A DNA stretch of 64,000 bases from Candidatus Microgenomates bacterium (GCA_003576945.1 QEVC01000001.1:26129-90128), one strand, 5' to 3'. Numbered from the stretch's first letter, positions 19,801 through 29,709 are shown. A program made the numbers and translations. The notes: generated from the letters alone by a model not told the origin.

Positions 19801-20064
19801 TTAAAGTCTTTTTGGCCCCATAGTTTTATGATGATACACGACTAGTACTGTTCGTACGTTTTTTTGTTCGTTTTTGCTTGCCAATGTCTGGCCTAGTGCT
19901 TTACTCCTTTTTTGTTCTTACTTTTTTTGCACGTTCTTAATCTCTGGATAGATACTTTCTTGTTTTTATAGACTATTGAAAATTTGATATCTTATAGTTT
20001 TTGGATGCCCAAGCGCGCTGAGTTAAGGAAGGGTTAGATTGAGTGGCTTGGAGGTGGATTTTTT

Positions 20065-20478
20065 TTAACGACTATCTAGTGCTTGGTTAACAAGGCTGTC
20101 TGCCAAAGAATTGCCCTCGCGATACGTGTGGGAGATTGTGACAGATGGCAACTTGGCAATTACTACTCTAACAGCCTGGTACTTGGGGAATAAATCTGGA
20201 CTTTTGACCTTATACAAACCTTTAATTTGATTAACAATAAGGAGCGAATCCATCTTGATTTCAACAGTGGCATCTGGGTGATGATTGTAGATCCAAGTTA
20301 GGCCGGCGAGAAGGCCTTCGTACTCCGCCTGATTATTGGTGGTATTACCGAGATAATTACCGCATTTTTCCAGAACAATTGCCGCACCAGAGGTAAGATC
20401 GTAGACGACATAACCATAGGCGGCAGGCCCTGGGTTGCCACGCGAACCACCATCACACTGGAGAAGGAGCTTAGTCAT
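20065..20478 (-). CDS. rnhA: Ribonuclease HI
   Basis: CDGGSRGNPGPAAYGYVV...AEYEGLLAGL are RNase H catalytic-core motifs. Confidence 0.8.
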   Translation of the reverse strand: MTKLLLQCDGGSRGNPGPAAYGYVVYDLTSGAAIVLEKCGNYLGNTTNNQAEYEGLLAGLTWIYNHHPDATVEIKMDSLLIVNQIKGLYKVKSPDLFPKYQAVRVVIAKLPSVTISHTYREGNSLADSLVNQALDSR

Positions 20479-20504
20479 AAAGTACCTAGTTCCTAGTTAT
20501 TAAG

Positions 20505-21701
20505 TCAGAGAACTGATTTTACCCTAAGTGAATAGTACAGGAGTGAGAGGAAAATAAATAGTTCGGTAAGGCCGGTGACAATGGCGGCGGCAGAAGCGCC
20601 GTAGTATGGAATGAGGGCTAGATTAAGGCTTAGATTGAGGATGGTGGAAAGGAGAAAGGTTATTAAGACTTGTCGCTCGCGATTTTTGGCAATGAGGTGC
20701 CACATGAGAGGGGCGGTTAAATAAAAGAGGGGAAGAGACAGAGAGAGGAGACGCAATGACTCGAGCGAGATGGTTAGGCCGGGCTTAATTAGGAGGATTA
20801 GCGGAGCAAGGATATAAGTAGCTGATCCAGCAATTGTGCCGAGTGTACCCAGGGAGAAGAGGGTGGTGTTGAGTAGGTTCTTTTTATTTCTTAACATGAG
20901 AGGATAGAGAGAGTTCATGACGAAGACTGGCAAGACCAAGATAACGTCAAAGATGCGGTAGGCAAAACCATACTCACCAACCTCGCTGCTAGGCCGATAA
21001 ACTCCCAGGAGAATGGTGTCTAGCTTGCTACTAAGCACACTTGCAATAAGGATGGCACCGAGAATGGCGGAACTCTTTAGCGTTAAATAAATATCTCGAA
21101 AATGAACGCGAGGCTTGGGGATTTTTGGTAGGAGCAAAAGGGTGGTCGTGGCACTAATGAAATAGCCGATGGTGGTCGCTGCAACTAAGGATAGTAGGGT
21201 GGGGGAATGCCAAAGAGAATAGAGGGTTAGGACGGTGGTAGTAAAAGCGCCGGCAACTGTAGAAAGAGTGGAGCGCCAATATTCCAGATTAAACTGGAAA
21301 TATACATTGCCAGAAGTAAAAATTCCTTGGAAAAAAATAGCCAAACTGCCGAACCAAAAAATAGACTTAACCTCATGGCTATAGCCACCTGGTAAGGTAA
21401 AAATAAGAAGGTTTAAAAGAATGATTGCCACACCAGCTAGAAACAAACGAGTAATGAGGACGCTGCCAAGCCTCGTCTGTAGTTCTTCTTTGTTGCGCGA
21501 TCTACGAAGCGCGTCAGCGTTAAGGCCAAAGTCAATGGAGGTAAAGCCGAGGGCAACTAAAACAACAACTTTGGTGAGATCACCGTAGAGCTCGAGCCCT
21601 GCGAGGCGAATGGTGTAATAGGTTGTAAGTAGGGTTAGGCCGGCACCAAAAAACTTGGCGACGAGTTGGGCGAGCGTGTTACTGGCGACGGCTTTTAACA
21701 T
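20505..21701 (-). CDS. Polysaccharide/oligosaccharide flippase (Wzx/MOP superfamily)
   Basis: 398 aa, about 12 TM, N-terminus LAQLVAKFFGAGLTLLTTYYTIRLAG typical of Wzx/RfbX. Confidence 0.6.
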   Translation of the reverse strand: MLKAVASNTLAQLVAKFFGAGLTLLTTYYTIRLAGLELYGDLTKVVVLVALGFTSIDFGLNADALRRSRNKEELQTRLGSVLITRLFLAGVAIILLNLLIFTLPGGYSHEVKSIFWFGSLAIFFQGIFTSGNVYFQFNLEYWRSTLSTVAGAFTTTVLTLYSLWHSPTLLSLVAATTIGYFISATTTLLLLPKIPKPRVHFRDIYLTLKSSAILGAILIASVLSSKLDTILLGVYRPSSEVGEYGFAYRIFDVILVLPVFVMNSLYPLMLRNKKNLLNTTLFSLGTLGTIAGSATYILAPLILLIKPGLTISLESLRLLSLSLPLFYLTAPLMWHLIAKNRERQVLITFLLSTILNLSLNLALIPYYGASAAAIVTGLTELFIFLSLLYYSLRVKSVL

Positions 21702-22896
21702 GAGAGTAGTTTACTACTTTAAGGTAGATTAAGAGGATTAGTAGTCCCTGGGGTGAAGTGAGGAGATAGTGGTCGAGAAGGAAGAGGGGAAGAACTGGAA
21801 TTATGTATATCAGTAAAGCCGTAAAGCCGTAAAGCCGTGAAACAAAGAATACTACAACCAAGACACCAACAGCTCCAAACCAGGAGAGAAAGAGGGTAAA
21901 ACTATTATGGTCGGGCTGGAGGAGGCGGTGGGAAGGAGAGAGCATAGGATAGGTCGAAATGCTGGCACTAGCACCGGTTCCAAAAACTGGGTAGTTTTTG
22001 ATTACGTCGAGAGAGAGGGTCTGGAGAGAGAGGCGCTCCCCAATGGATAAATCGGCGCGCGGCGGAAGAAAAAAGGAAAAATAGCTGATTGCCAGGGTAA
22101 ATAGTGCTGCAAAATATAGAAGTCTCAGGCGAAGGTATTTGAGAAAATAGAGCGGGATGATAAGACCAAAAAGAGCGAGAGCAGAAGAGTGGCTCTGGGT
22201 GAGGAAGATGCCAAGAGTAGTTGCGATAGTAAATAGTACATAGTACATAGTTGATGGTTTGAGTCGCATAATGATAAGGAGACTGATCACTAGCCAACCA
22301 GCGAGGATGTTGGGGTGACTAAAGGTACCATAGGCTCTCAATATGACTTGGTCCATAAACGTCGCAAGGGCGACCCCTGGCTGCCCCACAGCAACCATTC
22401 GTTCCCCTAGGTAGTAGAGCGGTCCTTGCAGTGCGTGACCTCGTGCTAATTGGGCAATGGAGAGGATAAGTTGAAATGTGGTGGCAATGAGAAGAGGGAG
22501 CTTGAGCGAGATCAAGTGCTTGATAGAGAGTGATTGAACAAATAGGAAATAGAGTAATAAATGAAGAGACCAGGTGAGAGTGGTCATAGGATTGGTGGAA
22601 AAGATGAGGTTGGTGAGCAAAATTAGAGTAATTCCTTCGACCCTAAAATGGGACAATACAGTCTTAGGAAGGATGGCTAAATAAAATAGAATTAGGATGT
22701 CCAGCAAGTAAAGAGTGGGGGCGAGGTAGTCGACCCTAATCCCGTAAACAAGAGACGAGCTGGGCCAAAAGTGAAACCCAAGCTGAGTGGAGGAGAGGAG
22801 AAAGATGAGAAACAGTAGGATGCGTCTAGCTCTTGGGAGCCAAGATAAGACGACGGTCGATCCCAGTGCCCTCAGAATAGGTGGTAAGACTATCAT
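21679..22896 (-). CDS. O-antigen ligase/polymerase-like (Wzy/WaaL family) membrane protein
   Basis: 405 aa and polytopic. The annotated start overlaps the jag 3' end, so the true start may be internal or non-ATG. Confidence 0.45.
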   Translation of the reverse strand: MIVLPPILRALGSTVVLSWLPRARRILLFLIFLLSSTQLGFHFWPSSSLVYGIRVDYLAPTLYLLDILILFYLAILPKTVLSHFRVEGITLILLTNLIFSTNPMTTLTWSLHLLLYFLFVQSLSIKHLISLKLPLLIATTFQLILSIAQLARGHALQGPLYYLGERMVAVGQPGVALATFMDQVILRAYGTFSHPNILAGWLVISLLIIMRLKPSTMYYVLFTIATTLGIFLTQSHSSALALFGLIIPLYFLKYLRLRLLYFAALFTLAISYFSFFLPPRADLSIGERLSLQTLSLDVIKNYPVFGTGASASISTYPMLSPSHRLLQPDHNSFTLFLSWFGAVGVLVVVFFVSRLYGFTALLIYIIPVLPLFLLDHYLLTSPQGLLILLIYLKVVNYSHVKSRRQ

Positions 22897-23272
22897 GATC
22901 TTGGAAGAGGAGGTGGATGGCGCGGCGATCGGTGGAGCTGAGTGGGGGGAAGGCGTGAGGAGTGTTGGTTTCTAAGACCGCGGTGCTTAGACGCTCAGCC
23001 ATGCTTTCTAAAACACCTTGTCGCTCGGCGCGATAGCCACCAACATCAACAGAAACATGAAGGTGGGTGGTTTTGCCGTTATTAATCATGAGAGAAAGAA
23101 TGAGTTGGAGGGAGTCGAGTGTCTGCGCGTAGCGACCAATAAAACGTCCAGACTCAGTGGCTGGAACGTCGAGAGTGACTGTGAGAATATCTTGATCTTC
23201 AGTAATGTGAATCTGATCGCCAGTGAGACCAAAGTAGCTAAAAAATTGATTAACTAGGTCTTGATGTTGCAT
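22826..23272 (-). CDS. jag: Jag/KhpB-like RNA-binding protein (KH plus R3H)
   Basis: R3H-like LSSTDRRAIHLLFQDH and the conserved position immediately downstream of yidC. Confidence 0.7.
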   Translation of the reverse strand: MQHQDLVNQFFSYFGLTGDQIHITEDQDILTVTLDVPATESGRFIGRYAQTLDSLQLILSLMINNGKTTHLHVSVDVGGYRAERQGVLESMAERLSTAVLETNTPHAFPPLSSTDRRAIHLLFQDHDSLTTYSEGTGIDRRLILAPKS

Positions 23273-23280
23273 ATTTTTCC

Positions 23281-24018
23281 TTATGATTTATTAAACATTT
23301 TACTAATTTTGGCCCAGTAAAGAGCGAGGCCGCCAGGACCAGAGACAATTAATTGTTGAACGAGGGAAAAGGCGGTCGTGATAACCCAGTAGAGGGCTAA
23401 CCCAGAGGGGAATTGGAGTGAGAAAATTATAGTCATAATGGGCATCATAAAAACCATTTGCTGCTGCATAGTCTGGGCCATCTCGGCAACATCTTCTTTT
23501 TGTTCTTTGGTGCCATCTCTTTTGCTTGGCTCGTTCTCGATTGCAGGAAGGAGGGCAACCGAAGTAATTAACTGAAGAACACCGGCAAGTACGGGCAGGA
23601 CATAGGTTGAGTCTTTGACCTTGAGATCCCACCAGAGGAAAAGTGAGTTTATCTCGCCCATTCCATTGCCACCAAGTGTATTCATAAATACTTGATAGAG
23701 GGCGATTAGTACAACAAACTGGGCAATGAAAGGGAGACAGCCGGCAGCGGGATTAATTTTATTTTTTTGATAAAGCTCAAGTGTTTTTTGTTGGAGAAGT
23801 TTGCTGTCGCTACCATGCTTTCGCTTTAGCGCGTCTAGCTCTGGCTTGAGAGCTGCCATTTTTTTGGCTGATTTCATTTGCGGAAGAGTAAAGGGGATTA
23901 AAATTGAGCGAACAAGTAGGGTTAAGACAATGATGGCAAAACCAAGATTGTCGCCCATGACTGAATACAACCACGTAAGGGTATTTAAGATGGGTTGATA
24001 AATCAGTGTTTGATACAT
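23281..24018 (-). CDS. yidC: YidC/Oxa1 membrane protein insertase (paralogue 2, in the canonical rnpA-yidD-yidC-jag context)
   Basis: GFAIIVLTLLVRSILIPFTLPQMKS...NPAAGCLPFIAQFVVLIALYQV are conserved YidC helix motifs. Confidence 0.75.
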   Translation of the reverse strand: MYQTLIYQPILNTLTWLYSVMGDNLGFAIIVLTLLVRSILIPFTLPQMKSAKKMAALKPELDALKRKHGSDSKLLQQKTLELYQKNKINPAAGCLPFIAQFVVLIALYQVFMNTLGGNGMGEINSLFLWWDLKVKDSTYVLPVLAGVLQLITSVALLPAIENEPSKRDGTKEQKEDVAEMAQTMQQQMVFMMPIMTIIFSLQFPSGLALYWVITTAFSLVQQLIVSGPGGLALYWAKISKMFNKS

Positions 24019-24025
24019 ACTTTGT

Positions 24026-24058
24026 GTAAATCCGTATAGCCGTTAATCAGTAAATCGG
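24026..24058. repeat. 8-nt periodic repeats (GTAAATCC GTATAGCC GTTAATCA GTAAATCG) filling the yidD-yidC intergenic leader
   Basis: Same motif family as the leader of yidC paralogue 1 (1058-1094). Confidence 0.6.
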
Positions 24059-24274
24059 TTAGGGGATGGGATCATAGCCACCCTTGCTCCATGGGTGACA
24101 TTTTAACAGTCTAAGCGCAGATAACCAAGCGCCCTTGATCAAACCATGCTTTCGTAACGCTTGCTTAGCATACAACGAGCACGTAGGAACGTAGCGACAA
24201 GTGCCACGTGATAATCCTAGATTGTCGGCGACGGCTTTGAGGTAGGGGGAGAGGCGACGATAGAGGGAGTACAT
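24059..24274 (-). CDS. yidD: Membrane protein insertion efficiency factor YidD
   Basis: 71 aa with [46 protein letters not shown], the YidD signature. Confidence 0.8.
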   Translation of the reverse strand: MYSLYRRLSPYLKAVADNLGLSRGTCRYVPTCSLYAKQALRKHGLIKGAWLSALRLLKCHPWSKGGYDPIP

Positions 24275-24285
24275 GTATTTAGTAT

Positions 24286-24633
24286 TTAGTATTTAGGGTT
24301 AGTAATATCGGAAAGTGCAGAGCTGAGTTCGGAAATGATTTGTTGTTTGGTGGCGGTGGATTTTTTGAGTGGAAGTGGCTTAAATACCACTACTACATCC
24401 ACTTTTTGATCTTTAATTTGAGACCAGAGAGAATCATAAGCCAGACGCTTAAGATAATTGCGGGTGGTTGCGAGCTTGTTCACTTTTTTGGGGACTACTA
24501 CCGCGAGTCGGCTGGCTCGCGAGGTACGTGGTACATAGTACATGGTGCATAGTGGGGTCACGATTTTTTTGCTTCTTGCGCGAAAGCGCAAAAACTCGGT
24601 ACGGAGGGGAAACTTATCTTGTCTGCGAATCAT
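24286..24633 (-). CDS. rnpA: RNase P protein component
   Basis: 115 aa, basic, RNR-like motif region ([10 protein letters not shown]), located between rpmH and yidD. Confidence 0.8.
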   Translation of the reverse strand: MIRRQDKFPLRTEFLRFRARSKKIVTPLCTMYYVPRTSRASRLAVVVPKKVNKLATTRNYLKRLAYDSLWSQIKDQKVDVVVVFKPLPLKKSTATKQQIISELSSALSDITNPKY

Positions 24634-24642
24634 TAATTATGA

Positions 24643-24777
24643 TTATACAGTTAGGCTCTTACGACCAGCGGCGCGGCGACGAGAGAGGACGAGCCTCCCC
24701 TTGTGGGTGGCCATACGAGCACGGAAGCCGTGAACCCTGACGCGTTTTTTCTTTTTAGGTTGATAGGTTCTTTTCAT
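24643..24777 (-). CDS. rpmH: 50S ribosomal protein L34
   Basis: Not in the ORF track because it is under 60 aa. Translation is [44 protein letters not shown]. Confidence 0.85.
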   Translation of the reverse strand: MKRTYQPKKKKRVRVHGFRARMATHKGRLVLSRRRAAGRKSLTV

Positions 24778-24856
24778 GATTTCGCTATTATAACGAACGA
24801 GAGGGGATTTGTCACGGAGGGATACACTTTTGGTATATTTTAAATTGTGGAAAAAA

Positions 24857-24865
24857 TGTGGATAA
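24857..24865. promoter_or_regulatory. Perfect DnaA box (TGTGGATAA) in the rpmH/dnaA intergenic region
   Basis: Seen directly. It lies upstream of the dnaA start at 24920. Confidence 0.55.
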
Positions 24866-24919
24866 TAATAGTTATTCTGCCTGATTATATAGAGTGAGCG
24901 TTGAAAGTTTGTAAGACAT

Positions 24920-26266
24920 ATGGATGCTACGACAGTGTGGAAAGCAGTCTTAACAGATCTAGAGCTGTCCCTATCTAAGACTTATTTTGCTGGATATATC
25001 AAGCCACTCTCGCTAATATCGCTTACGGAGACTGAGGGGGGAGTGGTGGCAACCATAATGTGCCCGACCAGGTATCACGTACAAATGATGGAAGAAAAGT
25101 ATGGGAAACATGTAATTAGAGCAATTGAACGCGTGGTGGGGCAAAACTGCACCATTGAATACGAAATTGGAAAAGAGACTAGCTTGGAGATGGGTGGGGG
25201 ACTACCACTATTTCAATCCATACCTAAGCCAGCAACTATTTTGGGGAGTGGGTCACACAACCTAAACCCGCGCCTAACTTTTGATACCTATATCGTTGGC
25301 TCATCCAACAACTTTGCATATGCGGCGGCGCAGGGTGTAGCTAAAAGTCCGGGGACAAGGTATAACCCACTCTTTATCTATGGAGGAGTAGGACTCGGTA
25401 AGACTCACCTGATGCACGCGATTGGCCACGCGGTTTATACGGACCATCCAGACTGGGACATTATGTATATCTCGGCTGAGACTTTTGGGAGCGACTTAAT
25501 CGCGAGCCTGCAAAACAAGAGAACGGCGGCTTTTAAGAAAAAATATCGGGCACCTAACCTATTATTAATCGATGATATCCAATTCATTGCGGGCAAGGAA
25601 TATATTCAGGAAGAGTTTTTTCACACGTTTAATGAACTTTATATGTCTCAGAGACAAATCATCCTTACCTCAGACAGGCCCCCGCAGGAAATTTCTAGAC
25701 TAGAGGAGAGACTATCCTCTCGCTTTATGGGAGGGCTCATGGTAGATGTGCAGGCGCCGGACTTTGAGACAAGAATGGCAATACTGACCCAGAAATGTAT
25801 GGCTTTAGGTCTCGAAGTCTCACCTGACCTAATTTCGCTACTGGCAGAAAAGGCCGTGGGAAATATCCGAGAATTAGAGGGAACACTACAGGCAATCTTA
25901 GCTAAAGCACATTCTGAAAAGAGGCCGATTGACCCCGACTTAATCAGGGAACACTTTGGGGCAGCCTCAGAGCGGCGAAACCATAGGGTAAGACCCCAGG
26001 CAGTGATTAACAAAACGGCGCAGTATTTTAGCTATAAGGTTGCCGAATTAACGGGGAGTAGCCGCAAAGCCCCGCTCACGGCAGCGAGGCATACAGCGAT
26101 GTACCTACTATACGAAGAGCTGTCGCTGCCTTATGTACAAATAGGAGAGTTGTTTGGAGGGAGAGACCACACGACGGTGATTCATGCTGTTGAAAAAATT
26201 AAGGAAGAGTTAAAAAGCAACCCGCGGCTCTCGAAAACTCTTGCAGATATTCGACATGAGCTTTAA
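24920..26266 (+). CDS. dnaA: Chromosomal replication initiator DnaA
   Basis: Walker [20 protein letters not shown]+ sensor motifs, and C-terminal DNA-binding domain [18 protein letters not shown]. Confidence 0.9.
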   Translation: MDATTVWKAVLTDLELSLSKTYFAGYIKPLSLISLTETEGGVVATIMCPTRYHVQMMEEKYGKHVIRAIERVVGQNCTIEYEIGKETSLEMGGGLPLFQSIPKPATILGSGSHNLNPRLTFDTYIVGSSNNFAYAAAQGVAKSPGTRYNPLFIYGGVGLGKTHLMHAIGHAVYTDHPDWDIMYISAETFGSDLIASLQNKRTAAFKKKYRAPNLLLIDDIQFIAGKEYIQEEFFHTFNELYMSQRQIILTSDRPPQEISRLEERLSSRFMGGLMVDVQAPDFETRMAILTQKCMALGLEVSPDLISLLAEKAVGNIRELEGTLQAILAKAHSEKRPIDPDLIREHFGAASERRNHRVRPQAVINKTAQYFSYKVAELTGSSRKAPLTAARHTAMYLLYEELSLPYVQIGELFGGRDHTTVIHAVEKIKEELKSNPRLSKTLADIRHEL

Positions 26267-26508
26267 GTTATCCACATTCTTTGTGGATAAGTATGAGGAA
26301 AAGTGCGGGAAAAAATGAGGAAAACTTGAGTAAAAATGAGGATAAGTATGTTATCAACAATTAAATGGAGTTTATCCCCAAGCTTTTCCGGGTTGTTTTC
26401 CACCGCTTCCGCCAGACTTCTATCCACATATCCACAGACCCTAACAACACTATAACTATGTATTAAGCATTTAGTATTTGGTAGTATGTATAAGAAAAGA
26501 GAGGTGTT
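26267..26508. promoter_or_regulatory. Probable oriC: DnaA-box cluster plus three AAAATGAGGAWAA 13-mer-like repeats (candidate unwinding element)
   Basis: TTATCCACA at 26268-26276, TGTGGATAA at 26282-26290, CTATCCACA at about 26420-26428, ATATCCACA at 26429-26437, TTATCCCCA at 26372-26380. Repeats aatgagga(a/t)aa at about 26294, 26314 and 26335, in an AT-rich stretch. Confidence 0.6.
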
Positions 26509-27609
26509 ATGAAAATAGAAATTCTCCAAGAAGAATTGCTTAAAGGGCTTTTAGTTGTGTCGCGTGCAGTTTCAAGCAGGACACAGTTGCCAGTTTTGTC
26601 GGCGGTAAAAATTGAGGCACTGGCAACAGAACTTGTTCTATCAGCGACAGATTTAGAAATTGGGGTAAGGCACATTGTGTCTGCGAAAGTAGATGCACGG
26701 GGAGTGGTTGCGGTACCAGCAAAAACCTTTAGCGAACTACTAACCACACTCGCACCTGGAAAGTTGTCGATTGAGCTAAAAGAGCAAAATCTGATTATTA
26801 AATCTAAAGGCTTCACCGGCAAAATTGCGACAGTAGATGCTTCAGAGTTTCCAACCCTCCCCGAAATGAAAGAATCGCTAATTGGAGTGTCGGCATCTGA
26901 GCTTATGAAAGGGGTTTCAAACGTTGGTTTCGCGAGCGCGAAGGAGTCACTACGCCCTGTGCTTACCGGAGTGCTAATGGAGGTCTCAGAGAGCTTGCGG
27001 GTGGTTGCAACTGATGGGTTTCGACTAGCGGTTTCCACAATTGGAATTAAGGGTGCCACCATCAAGGCGCAGTCTTTGCTAGTCCCTGCACGAGCACTAT
27101 TTGAATGCGGAAAGATTCTTAGAGAGGGAGTTATTAAGATCGGATATCTTCCTGAATCGAAGCAAGTTTTATTTGTGGGAGAGCAAACACAGCTTAGTTC
27201 ACAGATAATTGAAGGAAATTTCCCTGATTACAACAAAATATTACCAAAAGAGTTTGTGACTAGAATGGTTGTCCCAAGAGAAGAGCTGCTTTCAGCGGTT
27301 AAGACAGCACTTGTTTTTGCCAGAGACAACTCAAACATGATGCGCTGGCGGGTGGAGGGTGGAAGACTTATGATTTCATCTAGTTCGAGTGGAAGTGGGG
27401 AAGGATTAGTTGAGGTTATGGTAAAAGCTGAAGGGGAAGAGCCCTTGGAAGTGGTATTTAACGCAAAGTATGTTATCGATTATTTAACTCTTCTGGACAA
27501 TGAGTCGGTGTGGGTTGGGCTTGGCGGAAAGCTGGCTCCAGGAATGATCGCGGAGAGCGAAAATGGCAGGGATAATGCTTTCTACGTGGTAATGCCGATT
27601 AACGCCTAG
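26509..27609 (+). CDS. dnaN: DNA polymerase III beta sliding clamp
   Basis: 366 aa with three-domain clamp architecture. N-terminus MKIEILQEELLKGL... Confidence 0.9.
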   Translation: MKIEILQEELLKGLLVVSRAVSSRTQLPVLSAVKIEALATELVLSATDLEIGVRHIVSAKVDARGVVAVPAKTFSELLTTLAPGKLSIELKEQNLIIKSKGFTGKIATVDASEFPTLPEMKESLIGVSASELMKGVSNVGFASAKESLRPVLTGVLMEVSESLRVVATDGFRLAVSTIGIKGATIKAQSLLVPARALFECGKILREGVIKIGYLPESKQVLFVGEQTQLSSQIIEGNFPDYNKILPKEFVTRMVVPREELLSAVKTALVFARDNSNMMRWRVEGGRLMISSSSSGSGEGLVEVMVKAEGEEPLEVVFNAKYVIDYLTLLDNESVWVGLGGKLAPGMIAESENGRDNAFYVVMPINA

Positions 27610-29540
27610 GAGTTTTGAGTTGTTTTAGGCGATTGACTGATAGGCTCGGTTTTAGTGGGAGGTGCGGCTTGTGCTGGTTGTGCTGGCACAGTGTTTATTT
27701 TTTGAGAAAGGGCCGCCTGAGCTTGTTTAAACTGTTGGGCCTCTGCCTCTTCTTTTTTGCGGAGAGCCTCCCTAGGATCAGTGGTAATTAGAGCATGCTC
27801 CTCGGGGGAGGCCACGACGCGCATGGCAACGTGATTTTGGCCGGCGAAAAAGAGTGATTCACCGACTTCGGCAGTGAGGAGTAGATGTCGTTCTCCTTGG
27901 GAGAGATAGAAAACATTGGCTAGTTTTTCGATGGCACTGGTGCTTTGTTTCATTAAAACCTGAATGCTGGCGTTACTAACGATAGCCTTGCCATGATCAT
28001 CTTTTAAGAAATCTTCAACGTCTTGGGTGATGGTAGTGAGGCCTAAGAAATATTTACGTGCACGTTTGGCGATACCATAGAGAAAGGTGGCGGAGTCTTC
28101 GTTTTTCATAAGATACCAGGCCTCATCAACCACCAAGAGGCGTCGCTTGAGGTCTCTTTTTACTTTGGTCCAGATATAGTCAAGAATAATAAAAATGGCA
28201 GTGGGTCTGAGTTCATCCTGAAGGTTTTTGATGCCAAAAACGGTTAGTTGTTTGCCAAAATCGACATTGCTCTTTTGAGAGAAAATCCCTTGGAAACTAC
28301 CCTTAACATACTTCTCGAGGCGGTCGGCGAGACCGCGAGCCACGGCCTCTTCCATACCAACTAGCGCTTTGTAGAGATCTTCCATGAGGGGTGGCTCGTT
28401 CTTGTGCGTTGTTGGGTCTCGATTGATGCCCTTCATCTGATATGTCATAACGAGCGCTCGATCCAAAAGCGCTTCTTCTTGGGCGGTGACGTCGCCCAGC
28501 ATGATTTTGAGGAGGGAGTGAAGGGAGATGATTTTCATGGCGAGTTCGTTTTCGTCGGGTTCGGCGAGCTGGGGAAGCTCGAAGGGGTTAATACGGTTGG
28601 GGGAGGTAAAACTAAAGTCGATGTAGGTGCCGTTAACGGTCTGGGCCATTTTGCGATATTCGTCTTCGGGATCGATAATAATAACCTCGGTTTCGAAGAG
28701 GAGAGAGCGAAGAATTTCTAGTTTGACCATATAACTTTTACCGGAGCCCGACTTGGCAAAAACTACCATGTTAGCGTTCTCCAGACTAAAGCGATCAAAG
28801 ACAACGAGACTATCATTATGTTCGTTGATGCCATACATAATACCTTCGTTGGCGGTTAGCTCACTACTAGTAAAGGGGAAGGTAGTGGCGAGGCTAGTAG
28901 TGTCCATGTTGCGATTGATTTTTAAGAAATCTTTACCCATGGGGAGAGTGGTTTTAAAACCGTCTTCGATTTGAAGGGTAGCGGTTTTGGCGACGATTAG
29001 GAGAGCACCCAAGGTGGATTTGATGTGGTTGGTGACTTTGTCGAGCACGTCTCTTTTGTCATCACGAATGGTTATATAGAGACCAAACTGAAAAAAACGT
29101 TCGGCGCCTTTGGCAAGCTGCTCTTGTAGACTCCGAGCATCCTCTAGTTTGACCTGGGTATCAATATTAATAATCTTGCCACGCTGAATATCTCCCTGGA
29201 GCTCAGCTTCCATTTCGGCGATTTTGCGCCGCAAGTCCTCGATGACCCCCTTGCCGTCGACGGGATAAATAAACATTGAAATACTAAGAGAGTGGGGAAA
29301 ATTGATTAAGGGTGAGAGCCAGTTGGCGTTAACAAAGCGGGGGTAGCCGGCGACGAATAGAGTGCGGTAGTACGTGTCGTTGATTTTGACGTCAGACCAG
29401 TCGACCTCGATCGCCTCAGGAGCAATAATGTCTTTTACATTGGTGGTACCAGTTGCAAGGATTTGAATGGGGGGAGAGACCGCGGGACCCTGCTCTTCGG
29501 TTTTTTTGTTTTTGCCAGCAAAAGGAAAGGGCAAGTTCAT
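27606..29540 (-). CDS. VirB4/TraC-family T4SS ATPase (Gram-positive PrgJ/ConE-like) with a Pro/Gln-rich C-tail
   Basis: Walker A VVFAKSGSGKSYMV, a Walker B region, and N-terminal IAPEAIEVDWSDVKINDTYYRTLFVAGYPRFVNANWL typical of the VirB4 N-domain. Stop codons overlap dnaN convergently. Confidence 0.7.
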   Translation of the reverse strand: MNLPFPFAGKNKKTEEQGPAVSPPIQILATGTTNVKDIIAPEAIEVDWSDVKINDTYYRTLFVAGYPRFVNANWLSPLINFPHSLSISMFIYPVDGKGVIEDLRRKIAEMEAELQGDIQRGKIINIDTQVKLEDARSLQEQLAKGAERFFQFGLYITIRDDKRDVLDKVTNHIKSTLGALLIVAKTATLQIEDGFKTTLPMGKDFLKINRNMDTTSLATTFPFTSSELTANEGIMYGINEHNDSLVVFDRFSLENANMVVFAKSGSGKSYMVKLEILRSLLFETEVIIIDPEDEYRKMAQTVNGTYIDFSFTSPNRINPFELPQLAEPDENELAMKIISLHSLLKIMLGDVTAQEEALLDRALVMTYQMKGINRDPTTHKNEPPLMEDLYKALVGMEEAVARGLADRLEKYVKGSFQGIFSQKSNVDFGKQLTVFGIKNLQDELRPTAIFIILDYIWTKVKRDLKRRLLVVDEAWYLMKNEDSATFLYGIAKRARKYFLGLTTITQDVEDFLKDDHGKAIVSNASIQVLMKQSTSAIEKLANVFYLSQGERHLLLTAEVGESLFFAGQNHVAMRVVASPEEHALITTDPREALRKKEEAEAQQFKQAQAALSQKINTVPAQPAQAAPPTKTEPISQSPKTTQNS

Positions 29541-29709
29541 ATGGAATTAGTATAACGCAAGTTAAGGGGTTTTTGTTTTTGGTTCGGCGCATTCCACCAG
29601 AAAAAGCGGTCTATCTCCGCCTGGTGGCGGAGCGACCACGCGAATCGGTCTACCCGCCCTGCGCTAAATTTTTCTTTGTGAAATTGCGCCTGCACCATTT
29701 TACAAAAAC
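29541..29709 (-). repeat. Copy 1 of a roughly 120-nt conserved structured element in the 5' leader of the VirB4 gene
   Basis: Shares ggttcggcgcattccaccagaaaaagcggtctatct...gcccgccctgcgctaaatttttctttgtgaaattgcgc with 30349-30501. The internal hairpin CTCCGCC-TGGT-GGCGGAG becomes CTGAGTC-TGGT-GACTCAG in copy 2. Confidence 0.6.

Noticed and set aside
19960-20064. Candidate SRP (4.5S) RNA because of a ttaaggaaggg motif
   Set aside because: The conserved helix-8 GNRA tetraloop and symmetric-loop context could not be reconstructed.
24468-24740. Plus-strand ORFs of 63-90 aa overlapping the rpmH region
   Set aside because: They overlap the highly conserved rpmH coding sequence on the other strand and have no motifs. 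They are spurious.
29575-29600. ggttcggcgcattccacca looked superficially like a tRNA T-arm/CCA end
   Set aside because: There is no TTCGAAT-like T-loop, no cloverleaf partner stems nearby, and the sequence is duplicated as part of the roughly 120-nt leader element.
29541-29709. Possibility that the element between the 212-aa ORF and VirB4 is a self-splicing intron splitting one VirB4 gene
   Set aside because: It is only about 170 nt, far too small for group I or II introns. Both flanking ORFs have their own ATG starts and the downstream ORF already contains a complete VirB4 N-domain. A second copy sits in a different leader.
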